From NCBI RefSeq assembly GCF_006345805.1, contig NW_021833295.1, positions 12,299-76,298 of the forward strand: a stretch of DNA of 64,000 nucleotides. The letters run 5' to 3'. Positions 23,901 to 37,059 of this stretch are shown in pieces. The stretch is from Octopus sinensis. Its lineage: Eukaryota. The notes below the pieces were generated by a model. It did no database searches and had not been told where the DNA came from. It saw only the letters and a program-made list of their open reading frames with translations. The first letter of the stretch is position 1. Each line of letters starts with the position of its first letter. The translations under genes were made by a program, and so were the position numbers.

Positions 23901-26460
23901 TTGCGGATAGCATGGCTGCTGCTGTGCGTTGAGAATTTGTTTGAAGGTTTCTTCGCTTATTCCGTCCTTGGAGACTGTTATCATGGCAGAAATATCTTTA
24001 ATTGCCTGAGTGCCAAAACGTTCTTCTAACAGACCAAAACACTTGGCTAGTCTAATGGGATATGTGGACTCCAAAATTTCCCGAGGCACAAGAGATTTGA
24101 GAACAAGATTATTCGTGTCGATAACATACTGTTCAGTCACATGACGAGGGGGAAATAATTCAGAGAAATATATCTGGTAGTCAATTCGCTGACCATCTTG
24201 AAGCGAAAAAAATATGGTGTATATTTTGTAGTCCGAAGATTGAATCGAACGGAAGTTGTCTTCCGCCAGGGTGGCAAATAAGTAGCAATTCGCGGGAATA
24301 TTGAGTGTCCAGTGCTCCTCGTTGCCAAAGTCTATTTAATTGGTTGGACAGTCAAACCAGGCAGTCTGTCCAAGTTGTCAATAAACAGATAAACAGGCTG
24401 GTTTTCAGCCTCCCGCAGCAGCAAATTATATATTTCCTTTGAATAATTCTTTTTTTTGCTGGATTCGACCTAATTTTAGCGTCAGCCCAGACATACAATC
24501 TTGAGTAATTGCAGCGAAAATAGTTCGAACACCTTCTTAGTGGAAGAGTCACTGTCCAGCAGCAATCCAGCCAAATAAACCAGTTTGACGTTTCTATAAA
24601 TTCATCTTTGACTGCATACGAGTAATGAATCAAGTAATAGTGGGCTATCTTACAAAGCACAGCCGTCTTGCCTGATCCAACAGGTCCAGAAATGTAGCAC
24701 TCGCTCTGGGGCAGTTGGTTCATTTCTTCAATCATGTTTTCAAAATTGGAGATTTCGATGACCGACTTTTTATATCTAAACACAAACGTGTCAATCAGAA
24801 TAAACATTCGGGAAAAGTAACTGATGTGATTCCAGTAGTCTACCTCAAAGTCGAGATTATTTCTCAAAATAGCCTGTGATTTTTTGTCAATGTATGATAG
24901 GATTTTGTCTATAAAAATGCCGTACGACTGAAGGATCAATTTTTTTGTATAATTGTTATTTTCTTGAAGGGCTGAAGGGGAAATGTCGTTAGGAGGGTTG
25001 GAAGGATAGTTTCGCTTGTTTTTATTAGGAATCTAAATTAGTTCCAGTAAGTACTACGAAGCAGTGCAAATATCTGTGAAATGAATTATTCCGTCTGTTC
25101 TCGTAAAACGATGGAATCATTTCTCGAATCGAGTCACTGTAGGAAAGAGCCACATTGTTGATCTTTATATTTCTGCGTTCAAAAATAAGCACATCTTCTC
25201 TTTGGAATAAGAACTTTTGTTTCAACATTTGAAACAACTTTTCGGTGTCTGCAAGTTAAATTACAACCATCGCAATTGTTATAAAATATATCACAATTCG
25301 CTTATTAATGGTAATTATATATTACATGTGGTGAGCACACAGTTTTTGAATATGGCAAGATTCCGGTATTTAAAAATAATTTTCCGAACTCTTTCTAGCT
25401 CAGACAAAACTTGCTCTTCGGTCAATTTATATTTCTTCATTTTTTCTCTGCTTATAGAAATATAAAGCAAACTTGAAATTTTGCAAAACTCTGTTCGACT
25501 TGTTTACCACGTACCATTCCTTCAGAAAGAGAATGTCGTCTTTGAAGATTTTTTGATCTTTAGTCGACAGTGCCTTTTCGCAAATAACAAAAATATTCTT
25601 TGAAGATTTCAAATTGAGTACTGGCAAGAACAATTCCGACGGCAGACACTCTGGTAAAAGAAATCGGTCACTTTCTTCGTCGATGAACATCTAAAGGAAC
25701 AATTCACAGTTTCTAACGATAAGGAAAAATTTGCAGTGGGGATCGTCCCAAAAGCTGATTTGCTCCATAATGTTGTCGAAGAAAGCTTTGTTCATGAAGA
25801 GAGGGTGAACCCCGGAAGCAAAGTCGGTCATCACCACCTCAAACTGGTATAAATAAAATTTTTGTTGCAAAATTCTGATGATGGTTGTCAAGTACTCTTT
25901 CCTCTCGAACAAGAAATCTGGTGATTAGATTGTTGCTTCAATACCCTCTGGGTCGGCAATCACGATTATTCGCACTTTGGAAAAGTAAAACTTGCCAATG
26001 TTCAATGAATTTATAAGTTGTCTCCATAAAGAGTTTTTAGCAATGACGCGTTTTTTGGGTTCATTTTTCAAAAGAGGGTTGTAAAAATCAAAATTGGCGT
26101 TTTTTCTGTTTAAAGTTTCGTCTTTATTGGAGAATGTATAATTTCTAGTGAGTAAATAATTTTCGCTGATTCTGGTTTGGTCTTCTTCTTTAGCCTATCA
26201 CTGATCAACTAAAACATGCACATTTCTTTTGGCAAAATAGCATTCTTCGATGAATGTGCCCGAATCGACAGTCTTTTTCTTTCTGTTCCTGATGTAATTT
26301 TCCTAGACTGGAATAAATAAAACTACTGCAAGTAATTCCATGACTGATTCCCTCCAATTCTCTCCAGTTTGCTAAATATAACAAATAGAAAGTACTTTGT
26401 TTTTTGAATAATACGACATATTTAATAGCTGAACGGAAATCGAATATTAAAAGTCGAATC
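20990..26460 (-). CDS. NWD2: NACHT and WD40 domain protein, NWD2-like (both ends approximate)
   Basis: KVRIIVIADPE|DFLFERKEY (cf. NWD2 VRVFISANPED..ER), Walker A GPVGSGKT, Walker B VYLFIDNLD, VSKDGISE, and C-terminal beta-propeller-type repeats (CIMIWDL); many micro-introns. Confidence 0.7.
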
Positions 26461-26790
26461 AATCGTATCTAAATCAAGTTATTGTTCGGATTATTTCGCT
26501 TTATTGTCGGGTTTATGTCAACAACGTGTTATTGACACATTTAATATTTCTAATCCATCTTGCACTGAGTAGTGGCTCCGTTTTAGATAATTTGGAATGA
26601 AAATATTGTGAGACCAATGATGGTGGTTGTCGGAGCAGAGTCAGGGAAAGTGGGTTTGTGAACAATCAAGATTAGTAATAATTTTCACACAATAAGTCAT
26701 AATTATTTACGCCACACGCCGTAAATTAATATTCGAATTACTAAGCGTGGGCAAGAAATCTACGTGGTTAGCAGTCGGCCTAATAGGAAC

Positions 26791-28251
26791 ATGCAAGCGC
26801 AGAACTGGGCAGATAATCAAAAAGAAGTTCAGTTCTATGATGATGGACAAAAGTCGTATTTCAGGTTGTCAAACAGTCCCCACTGATAGTAAGGCCCACA
26901 CAAGCCTACTTTTGATAATATTCCTGACAATCGTCTACATTGGAGCCAACTACGGGGACTTTAGCGACCCTCTTTATAACAAGAAGCGGTTTGGGCTGTA
27001 CATTCAGTCAGTAGAGGATTCGTGGCAGTCATCGTGTCCTTCCTGTTCTACTGTGTGATCCAACTCCCCGACGGGCCCTTCATGAGACCCCACCCTGGTT
27101 GCCTTCTGAATGCTATTGGCAGCACTGTGGAGACTGGTCTTGGCGGTCTCGATACTTTACGAACTTGCCCTCATCTTTCTTCTCTTCCAAGTACATGAAG
27201 TGACTGACTTAGACTGCGGGGGATGCCCGGAACATGATGAAGGTGTTCGATCCTTCCCTGGGCCAACCATTCAAGGAGCGACAGTACGGGAATTGTGCAA
27301 TATACGACCCAGTGGCCAATCCCGACGACCCTTTCAAATTCTTTAAGGTTGAAGGTCACGTTTATTGTAGGACAAACTGGACATGTTCATTGCGGCACAT
27401 TTTTTCGGCTGGTTTCTACAAGTGAGGTCCCATGTTGTTATTTAGGCTCTGATTCTGCGTGATTGGTTGCTGTGCCACATCATCAGTCTGGGATTCGAAG
27501 TGATGGAGTACACACTCATGCACCAACTCCCCAACTTCATCGAGTGTTGGTGGGACCATGTGAGCACTCTTTTCTATGTCTAGTTCATTCTCGACATTCT
27601 CCTTACCAATTCGACGGGCATTTATTTGGGACTGCGAGTCCTCGACTATCTCAAAATCAAGCCCTACCACTGGAAGTCCCTGAGAAGCATTCCCAGCATG
27701 AGGTTCCTCTCCTTCCCCACCGCAGAGGCAAGACTAAACGACTGCTGCTTCAATTCTCTCCTTATAACTGGAAGACCTACAATTGGAGACCCACGGCCAG
27801 TCTCCATCGATGGATTATCACAATTTTCGTCATTTTTATGGTCAGTCCTTTTTCTCATGGCAGTTTTTGCTCGCACAAGTTAACTTTTTCTACATAAAGT
27901 TTGCTCTGTGGATCCCCGAGTCGCACTTTCTGTGTGTCCTCAGGACTGCCATCATTTATTTGTCCGGTGGCGTGGCCCTCCGTGAGATCTACAGCTACGT
28001 CGACTTGGAGTTGTCTTCTTTATTCACAATTCAGGGATTCCTGCAATCGGTTCGGTCCTCAGTCGTGGATATTTCTGGCTTTCATTTTCACCGAGTTGCT
28101 CGTTTATACCAAATTCGAGTGGGAACTGGTGACCACCCCTCCACCCCCTGCCATTGTCGTGTCTTGGGCTGTCTTCCTGGTTGTCCTCTTTATATACACG
28201 GTCGTCACCTTCGTTTTATTTCCACGCAAGACAGAAAAGAAGGCTGACTAA
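26791..28251 (+). CDS. PTDSS2: Phosphatidylserine synthase 2
   Basis: [37 protein letters not shown]|[41 protein letters not shown] and GGVALREIY; introns 22-26 nt. Confidence 0.93.
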
Positions 28252-28763
28252 TTTCCCCACTTTTATTTCCTATTTGTGCTATTGTTTGATATTTTAAATG
28301 TTCTGATCTGTTGGGTTATTCAGTAAGTGAAGGAAATGTTATAATTAGTCACATTCTCCACTTCCTTGACGACTGAATGTTGGGAAGTGTGTTCTGCAAT
28401 CGAAAAAAAGTTTTAACCTCTTTTTATTTGGTCATCACTGACTGTCTTTTCACTTTGGACAACAGAATGTCTCAAACAGTTCATTTGTCGGTCAATTTCA
28501 TTATTTTCTTACTTTTTTCGCGTTCCATGATCTTTTTCTGTTGGAGGTACAAAATGTCGACTTTCCGATTGTTTGCCAGAGTTGTCTTGAAATCATGAGA
28601 CATTCCGCTTGTCGGGAGCTGGGTTTTTAAATGCGTCGTTATGGCAATTAACGATTTAATCTCAGATTTTTCTCCAAGTGTGGTTTAAGAATTATCATAA
28701 AATGATTACGAGTTTTGTTAAACCAATCCAAATTACTAAATTCATTCAAGTTGAAAAAATATC

Positions 28764-29240
28764 TTATGAGAATTTTGGTTCCAATTTGCTTCTCTTTGCT
28801 ATCGATCCGCCTCCTTCCGCCAGATTCATAGGCCGGAATACAGCGTCTGTATCCTTCACAGGTTCCTCTTGTGTCTCGTGGTTTATCATCGAATGCTTTG
28901 CCGTTGTAGGCAAGAGTTTGTACTCCGGGCGCATGTTTTCAGTTTTTTTTATTACGATTGTCTGAACACAGAGTCATGGACTTGTAGGGAGTTTTGGTAG
29001 TTTATTCCACCCCACATGAGAACCAACGATTCACCTTTGCATTGTGGATTAACCTCAATTCGCTTTCCAAAAGATCGTATTTATATAATTTCTCAAAAAA
29101 TTGTTGAGAAGTAATCCCAACTTCGTATTGATGTTTGTCGTAACTTTGTCGTAGAATGCCCGGTTTATTTTTATTGACTATAATATCGTGTCCACACGTA
29201 TTTCAACCACCTTATTAGAGACAGTCGACTGAACTTCCAA
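28764..29240 (-). pseudogene. Degraded R4-like RLE retroelement C-terminus
   Basis: VQSTVSNKVVEIRVDT, EVGITS, YKYDLLESEL and CVQTIVIKKT match the other copies; frameshifts and stops. Confidence 0.7.
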
Positions 29241-29404
29241 ATTGCGAGTTAAAAATAAATTTAGAATAAAAACATTTTTGACTGATTTCTTTGTAGAAAT
29301 ATTTAAAATATGAACATTGTACATTCACATGACACTGCTGTGAATTGTAGTTAATTTATTATTATTTACGCGAATTAAAATATAAACTTAAAAGTAAGCT
29401 TGTT

Positions 29405-29588
29405 ATGTGGAGTGGACCTGACTTACTACAAAACATAGAACTAGAAGAGTCAGTAGAGAAACTGGAAAGTGTTTTAGAAGACGTCAGCCTATTCCGCGGA
29501 AAAATTGCTCAAGAAATGAGTTACCAATAATATTACCACCGCAGAAAATTATTCAAACATTCTGTCCAAACTACACATCCAGGATTAG
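29405..29588 (+). CDS. Hypothetical ~52-aa protein
   Basis: ATG exon plus a 25-nt GT-AG intron (29520-29544) that removes an in-frame stop: MWSGPDLLQNIELEESVEKLE..AQEM|KNYSNILSKLHIQD*. Confidence 0.4.
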
Positions 29589-29705
29589 ACTATCTGTTTG
29601 GTTAATTTGTTTAAATGAGTGCCGCACCACATCAATATTATTGAGCAATTGATGCAATAATTAAATCACCTGCAAACAGAATGATTAGAGAAAATAGGTT
29701 AAGCA

Positions 29706-30191
29706 TCAATTTCGGCCGTAGACCAACTCATTTTTGTATGTGACATATAAAAATCCGTCCTCGTCCTTGTATTTCTGCCAATAGACACACACACATACCG
29801 AGTAGAGATAACTCATTTTTGACTGAGGGGAAATTGCCTGCCTTCCTTTCACGTAAAAGAAAAGTGCGTGGGCACTGTCCAAGTCGAGTCGTCGTCTGAA
29901 TTTTATAAAGTGAGGGTCACCGCACTGCGTTGATCAAATGGGAGAATTCGATGTGTGCGCTCGTCTGGAATCGATTCCTGATCAGTTGGGGCAGGGTGGA
30001 GGAGGGATCTGCCTCTAAAATGACCTGGAATGTTCTGAAATTAGCGAGACTGGGATCTTTTCGTTATCTTTGCTTTGTATGCGGTTGAATATTGCGATTC
30101 TCTCCTCCAAGGTGTGCTGGTCTTTAAAGGTTGGGTTTTTATTTGTATTGTCTTGAGGATCATCCTCCGGAGCTCCACGAAAAAAATTCAT
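29706..30191 (-). CDS. ATG8: ATG8/LC3/GABARAP family ubiquitin-like protein (absent from ORF track)
   Basis: Introns of 26, 25 and 24 nt give ..FKDQHTLEERI..EKIP|VILE..VR|RRLDLDSAHALFFYV..KYKDEDGFLYVTYKNELVYG-RN*; conserved scissile Gly. Confidence 0.92.
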
Positions 30192-31059
30192 TTGATTTTT
30201 TATTTGAAATTTATTTGTTTTGAATTTTTTGTAGGAGTATATTAATTTATTAACAAATAATAAAATTAAAATTAAAAAAATAAAATGTCAATTTAATATG
30301 CGCATTGACTAGAGAAATTTAAAAGGCCTTTTGATGAATTTAAAAGTGGGAACCTTTATTATCCAAAAACCAATTTCCAAAACCCTAAAAAGCCAAAAAT
30401 CTGAATATGGTTTTCTGATTTGTCCCAACAACGATCCAAACATTCACAATCATCTGTTTGTATCATTATAATAAGGTTTATCACTTTCACACATTTCGGG
30501 GAAAATATTTGTGCCCAAAGTGCTTTTTGGTGGATAATGAAAGGTCATCTCGCTCCAATGACTGTTGATAAAAAATAATCTGTGTTCCTCTCATACTGTG
30601 CGCTTTGTCCATAGGTACCCCCAGTAGGTGAGTGGTGTTTATCCCTTCAACTCACAACATCACAAATTCGTTTCTACGTGTGACTTTTGAGCGGGATGAA
30701 TGTAATCATTTCTTTTTGTGGCTTACTGTCGTACCTGAATAGCATTGCTCTGTTCATTATATCATTTATCATCACATGAAACTGAAAATGATGAATTAAT
30801 ATCATTAATTTTATTTCTATTAATGTTTACTGTCATTTTTGTGGTGCTGTTCTTCGCAGGTTTGCAGACAGAGGCGTCGCTTTAATTTTCTGAATTATTT
30901 CATTTTTATTATTGAGAACAAGATTTTAGTATACATTCCCTTTATTTGTTCCCACATAACTTTCTTGTCCTGAGTCCCCAAATAACTAGTATCTGTAGTT
31001 GACTGTGGAGAGTTGCTAAAGATAGTTATTCCTCTTAAACACATCTCTCTATTGCATTA

Positions 31060-32450
31060 ATGTCGAATACACATCCTGGAGAATTTGTGCTTATGTTTAA
31101 TATCAGTGGAATTTCCTCTTCACTACAAAGAACACAATTGACTGAGAACCTAATTTATTATGGAGCTTCAGTAGCTTTCCTTCAAGAAACTAAGCTCAAT
31201 GAGGATTTCGAGGAGATTGTTGGATTATTTAGGATTATCTTACTAAAACCGGAAGACTGTGGATTTGCAATCTATGCCAACTCAATTTACAAATGCTGGA
31301 GAATTAATAACCGGATCTCAGTTTTACAAGTAATGCTGGGGAAAGCGCTTCTGATCAGCATTAAAGCATATGTATCAACAATGGGTATAGCAATGAAATG
31401 TCCTAAACAAGTCGAAAATGTTTACTCAAATCTCGCCATGACTATAGGCGATATACGTGCTTCTCTTCTCATTTTCCTTGGAGGTGACTGGAATGCAAAA
31501 GTGAGAACACGTCGTAAGGATGAAAATTCTATCGGAGCTTATAGTAGAGGAATAAGGAACTCAAATGGCGCAGCTTTAGGAGACTTCTGAAGTTCATTTG
31601 ATCTTTTTTGTGCAACAAGACATTTAAACATTCGGCAAGACATATGAAGAAGTTGGTGGGACAAAGACAAAATCAGAATGGGAAGATTTTACCTATTTAC
31701 GACTAAATATATTACATCATCTCTGGATGTAATTTCAAATGCATGCTGATAGATTCACAATCTTACGGAGCCGAAGAAGCTGAACAGCTCAATTATGGCC
31801 CAAAAATGTTCCGACCTATTCGTTTGCTAGATAGGCCTAAAAGAGTTAATTCTACTTGATGACTATGGAAGAAGAATGTTTGATAAAAAAACTGAAAAAT
31901 AAGAGAACTAAAAAATAAGAGGAATCCCTTTTAGAAATGACAATGAGCACATATCTCAGTTTGTTAGAACTCATATATGTCTAACTGTTCCAATAACTAT
32001 TACAAAGATGAAAACTGGTAGGAGTATGAGTATTGATAGCATTAATGGAGAACTTTCAAGATACTCTAAGCTTACTTGCTCATTAGTTACGCAAAAGCAG
32101 AGTTTCACTTGAACAAGAAGTGTTAATTTCTGTATAGAAACTAGGGAAGGCGGTTAAACCGGTAGAAAATCTCAGACCTATAATTTTTTAAATATCTCTG
32201 CGAAAACTACTCTCATTGATTGTTCTTCACAGAATATCTTCTATCGTGGACAAATTCTTGTCTTTGGGACAAAGTGAGTTCAGAAGAGGGAGGCAGTTTA
32301 CATACTGGGTATAGATCTATCCGGAGCGTTTGACACTGTTCGCAAAGGAAAGCTTATTCAGCTATTAGGAACATTGTTGGATGAGGACAGTTTGAGAATG
32401 ATATGTGTCTTAGTGGGGTCGTCTGATTGTACATCTAAATAGGAACAAGT
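31060..32450 (+). mobile_element. Degraded APE-type LINE (endonuclease + RT relic)
   Basis: VAFLQETK, GGDWNAKV and RNSNG in ORF 31060-31590; downstream frameshifted EFRRGR / DLSGAFDTVRK RT motifs. Confidence 0.8.
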
Positions 32451-32699
32451 TCGGTAATCCAAATATAATATTCCAATTAATTTACAAAGCTAAGATTGTG
32501 ACAATTTCCCGGGATTCTGTCATATATTGGAATGTAGACGTTCTTTAATTAAATTGTAAAAAAAACATTATCAATAATGAAGACGACGAGAGTCACAGAA
32601 AAAGAACCGCCACTTGAAAGGAATGGAATGTCTTTTATTGATCAAAAAAACAGAAACCGAAAGAAAATAAGTTAACATAGAGATTAAACGAGGTACCGA

Positions 32700-33300
32700 A
32701 GTGTCTCTTTCAATGCGTATCCCCAATTATAGTCGGCGTCAACAATTTTTCTCCAAGACCATCCGGATCGTGGGCACAGAAGATTCTTGCGACCTTTCTA
32801 GCCTTTCATCAAGTTATACTCCATAAGCCAGTTTCAATGCAAAACGTCTTGTTTTTTTCCGACAAGGTAGTCACTCTCCTCCGTACCGTGCCAGCCCTCG
32901 TAGCCATATGTGAGGACTGGTCGTACACACGTTTTGTATATGTACGTTTCCGGATCCAGATGGAACGTGGTTAAGCTTTTGAGGATCCTCTTCTTCTGTT
33001 TAGCTACGTGGTCGGCGTACGAACCATGGCAGTTGACTATTACTCCAAGGTAGTGTAGATTCAAACTCTTGAAGAGATCCATATCATAAGCACTCATAGC
33101 ATAAGAACAGTCGTCTCCAAGACTGTGATATCCTTTTGGTATATTATGATATTAATAGACATGTAGCCTTCAAATTCCACTTTCATTGCTTCCTTCACCT
33201 TAGTCTCATTAATGATCAAGATGTCAGACTTCGCTGAAGATAGGAAGAGCCTCAGCTCCGGTGCCCACTCCCTTGCAAGACGGGAACTTGAAAGGAACTG
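32700..33300 (-). pseudogene. LINE reverse transcriptase C-terminal relic
   Basis: GVGTGAEALPIF (QGxxLSP-like), HYLGVIVN and YKTCVRPVLTYGYEGW. Confidence 0.7.
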
Positions 33301-34099
33301 ATAAGCCGTAAAGCTGAAAATTCATTAGATATATAAACGAATAAATAGTTTTATTAATAAATATTAAATTTTTGTTATAATAGAACAATACAATGTTAAT
33401 GATATTCACTGAATTAATCACTTTTATGATATACTAGGTTAATCGTGACTATTTATGCTGAACAAAACATATGTTTTATCAAAAGATGCAGCCATTGCCG
33501 TCACATTATCAGTTTAATTACTCCAAATACATTTTTGTAGATTCTAGATTTGGTAACATTTGGAATTTCTCTTTCTATTACTGAAAAAAACGCTAATTTA
33601 TGTGCAAATATATTTTTACTGTTATGGATATTCGTCACAACATTTATATTTGTTATTATTTATTCTTTTGGACTTGAAAAGAAATTTAATCCCGGATTAT
33701 TATCTAAAGGGGTTATATATGTATTTTACTTATAGCAATTACTGTTCCTTTCATTAAATTCAACATTTCTGGTAATTGTCATCGCGAATTTTTATTCGGT
33801 TTACAAAATTCATTCTAATTTGGTTATCGCACTGACGGTATTTTTTGAATGATAAAAATAGATTCTATGTATTCTTCAAATAATCTACAGAATTTTTCTA
33901 CTAATAATTCTTTTAAAAAATTGGAATAGACTACTAATGAATTGTTAATTATATGACATTTAACTTGAATTTAGTAATAAAAATCAAATAAACTAATAAA
34001 TATAACAAAAATTAACTTCACCACCAAAGTCTGTACCACCAAAGCAGAGTGGAAAAGCTTAAAAGCGGAAAGCTTCTTTCTGAAATCAGGGCACAGATC

Positions 34100-34700
34100 T
34101 CCAGAAAAAATATATTTTTAATTTAGATAATATTGATATGTGTATATTTGCGAGTTCTTCCTTAGTTTCTTTGACAGAATAAAAATGATTATTTTTTCGC
34201 GTGAAGGTATATATTTTCGCAGATATATTGTCATATAATAAGGACTTTGTTATTTAAAACGATGTCGTTTCTTGATATTACTAAGTCGTCTACGTTGAAT
34301 CGTTTTTTTCCGAGTATCTTTGTAGATCCACGAGATCAACAATATACCTGTTCCGTGGCGCATAAGCAAATATAGTGTAATAAAAGGTTTATATCGCATT
34401 AACTGTTTAGACTACAAATTAAATTACTTATCTTGCCTGACAAAGAACGCACTGTCAGATAATTTTACAGACTTGCAGTCTTTTTATTCCATAGCTAATG
34501 AAATAAGAAGCTTATCTCTACCAAAATGGTCAGAATTGTGACAGCCTTGAAATTTTAATCACTACGTTTTATTCAATAGTTTTCATTTTTAATTTAGCTT
34601 TGTCAGATGCAAAGAACCTCAAAAGTTTCCCTTTTCAAAAATAAAAGCTTTTTCCTTGTCAAGTAGCTAAATCTTTAAGAAACTTCCTATGCGACAGTGT
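34100..34700 (-). pseudogene. Ginger/Maverick-type integrase relic
   Basis: HNSDHFGRDK..QCVLCQA (H2C2) followed by IFAYAPRNRYIVDLVDLQRYSEKND; then internal deletion and stops. Confidence 0.5.
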
Positions 34701-35534
34701 TCGTTCTATGATAATCCTTTATCTAAACAGGCTTATCATAAATTTTAATTTTTGAAATAATTTCTCTTCATAATCCAATAAAAACCTCTGAAATGTGTTA
34801 TTTATACTTAGTTATTGATTTTTGCTCGAATTAATTAACGAATTGATTTTCCAATGAAAAAATAAGATGATTTTTTATTAAAAATACAACTCGAGTTCGA
34901 CCTCTACAAGGTAAAATCACTTTTGAGATTTTGAAAGATTAAAAAAGAAGTCTACGCTAATTCGACGTATATTTTTAAAAAATTATATCGTTTTATCCGC
35001 ATTTAAACAGAATTCATATTATTTTTAGATAAATTTTTATTATTAATAAACATTTTTGGAATATTTTGTAATAAAATTAGTAAAATTGAATATATCCTAG
35101 GACAAACAAGCATCGCCCTTTTAAATTAGTAAATATCAAGAACCAGTTCGTTGAGTCGAAACAGCTAAAAAGGTGAAATAATCTTCTGTCGTTATAACTG
35201 CTTAATTTCTTATTTTTTACTAATTATTTATATTTAATAAATTATTAGTTTATTGTATGTTTTGATTGAATGGTTGTCTTAAATCATTAGTCATACTATT
35301 TATTCAATTATCATTAATAGTGAATATTCAATTTCTCAAATTTTCACGAAAACGCGTAGATTATAAATTAGAACTCCCTTCACTGACGAATAATACGTAA
35401 AAAGTATGCGGTTTTTTATTCTTTAATCATTTTCTTATCCTATTTTTTGACCTTGTCATTTTGACATTTTTAAATTTATATCATAGTTAAACGTTTTAAA
35501 AATATTTTACTAATGTTTTTAGTTATAATAAAGA

Positions 35535-36206
35535 ATGTCCTCACCGGTTGAGAGAAGTTATATTTTCTTCAACGAATTCCCCCTCCTCAAATTCAGTCAA
35601 AGCGTTTACAAATACAGAAGCAATTATCACAATACGAACAACAACTATTTTTTTCCTGAATGGTACCCTCCCGAACAGAGTCAGTTTGTAGCCCAGGAGT
35701 GCTTAAATCAGCCTCATTATTTGTATCCACCTCAGTTTGCTGACATGAGTTACTATGATTCATTTTTTTTGAATCAAAATTTTATTCCCACGAGGTTTAT
35801 TCCTACTGACAATAATATCTTATCTGACTACTCAAACTTGTATTCTTCAGGAATAAATAGCAATGACCAAAATTATGCCGGGATGAGTTATGATCTGTTG
35901 TGTCAAGATAAAACGAGTACTCACTATGATCAGAATTTATCAAATTGTCAAATTCCTAAATACGAAACTTTTCCAAAGGAAATTGAAAAAATTGAGAAGC
36001 GCAGACTTTCGAATAAATTGGCAGCTCGTCGTTGTCGTCTTAAAAAATTTGAGTATATAAAGCAATTGGATGGTAAAATTCAATTATATGACAATTATAT
36101 AAAAAATGTTGAACAAATCGAAGATTCTTTGCCCGAAGAAAAAACTTTGTTGAAGTCGGTTTTTGAAATTTTGAAATCTAAATCGCTTAACTTTTTACTT
36201 AAATAA
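35535..36206 (+). CDS. AP-1 (Jun/Fos/ATF)-type bZIP transcription factor, single exon
   Basis: Basic region EKRRLSNKLAARRCRLKK (N-x7-R) followed by heptads L-Y-V-L-L; Tyr/Asn/Gln-rich N-terminus. Confidence 0.85.
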   Translation: MSSPVERSYIFFNEFPLLKFSQSVYKYRSNYHNTNNNYFFPEWYPPEQSQFVAQECLNQPHYLYPPQFADMSYYDSFFLNQNFIPTRFIPTDNNILSDYSNLYSSGINSNDQNYAGMSYDLLCQDKTSTHYDQNLSNCQIPKYETFPKEIEKIEKRRLSNKLAARRCRLKKFEYIKQLDGKIQLYDNYIKNVEQIEDSLPEEKTLLKSVFEILKSKSLNFLLK

Positions 36207-37059
36207 TTATTTTAATTTGTTTTTTAAACCTTTCTAAAAATGATTTTTTAACAAAATTCGTTATTTTCACAAAATATGTTAAAAAGATAAAAATCAATTC
36301 TTAAATTCTGATGGACATTAATTTAACAAAAAGTAAGCCATTCTACTCATTTTAATTCAATCGAGTTGATTACTTTTTGAGAAATTTCATAAATCACGTT
36401 TCGGGAATTCAACTCACCAGATTTAATTAAAATGAGTCGGATGACTCACTTTTGAATATTCTAGTGTTCACAGATCTGAAATGACTCATTTTATAAGAAT
36501 ACGAGTCACAGATCGAGTCCGATCTCCATAGAAATCCTGAATTCTAGATGGCGACATTTTGGCCAGATATTAAGACTGGGCAGTTTCACTCTGCCAAACA
36601 TCGGGATAGAAATCTATTTAATCCAACCCGAAGGGGTATTCTGTGGAAATCCCAGAGTCACCCTACCTGCCGGATTAAACCAAGATTTAGCAAAACTAAA
36701 CAGAAAACTGCAAAATATAGAGAATCTCGATGTCTAAAAGCATTAGCAAGTAACAAGGGGGCCATGAAAACACATGTGCAAAAGGATATTAATCGTGGAA
36801 TAGGAAAACTAGTTTATGATAGTTAAGTTTATGATTTGCGTAAGTGACAAATAATAATAATAATTCAAACAGCAAAAATAATTGTAATTCTAGGTCATTT
36901 TTGAGGCACAAAAAAGATTACAATTTTTTATTCGCATTTCTCCTGCCATTTCTATTTTATCTGAATGTCTTCTAATTCTGAATACTAGTATCACAAATTT
37001 TACGTGATGATTAGTGACATTGACACGTTTTTAAGTTATTCGTATAAAATAAATTTTGC

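Noticed and set aside
26747-28251. CLPTM1-like membrane protein
   Set aside because: Spliced motifs (RPHP, HQLPNF.ECWWDH) identify phosphatidylserine synthase 2.
28345-28603. Possible small minus-strand gene (MSHDFKTTLANNRK..)
   Set aside because: No splice solution with typical intron sizes gave a convincing frame.
36548-36826. 92-aa ORF with RDRNLF
   Set aside because: Only a faint match to the R4-like QDRNLF motif; could be a relic or chance.
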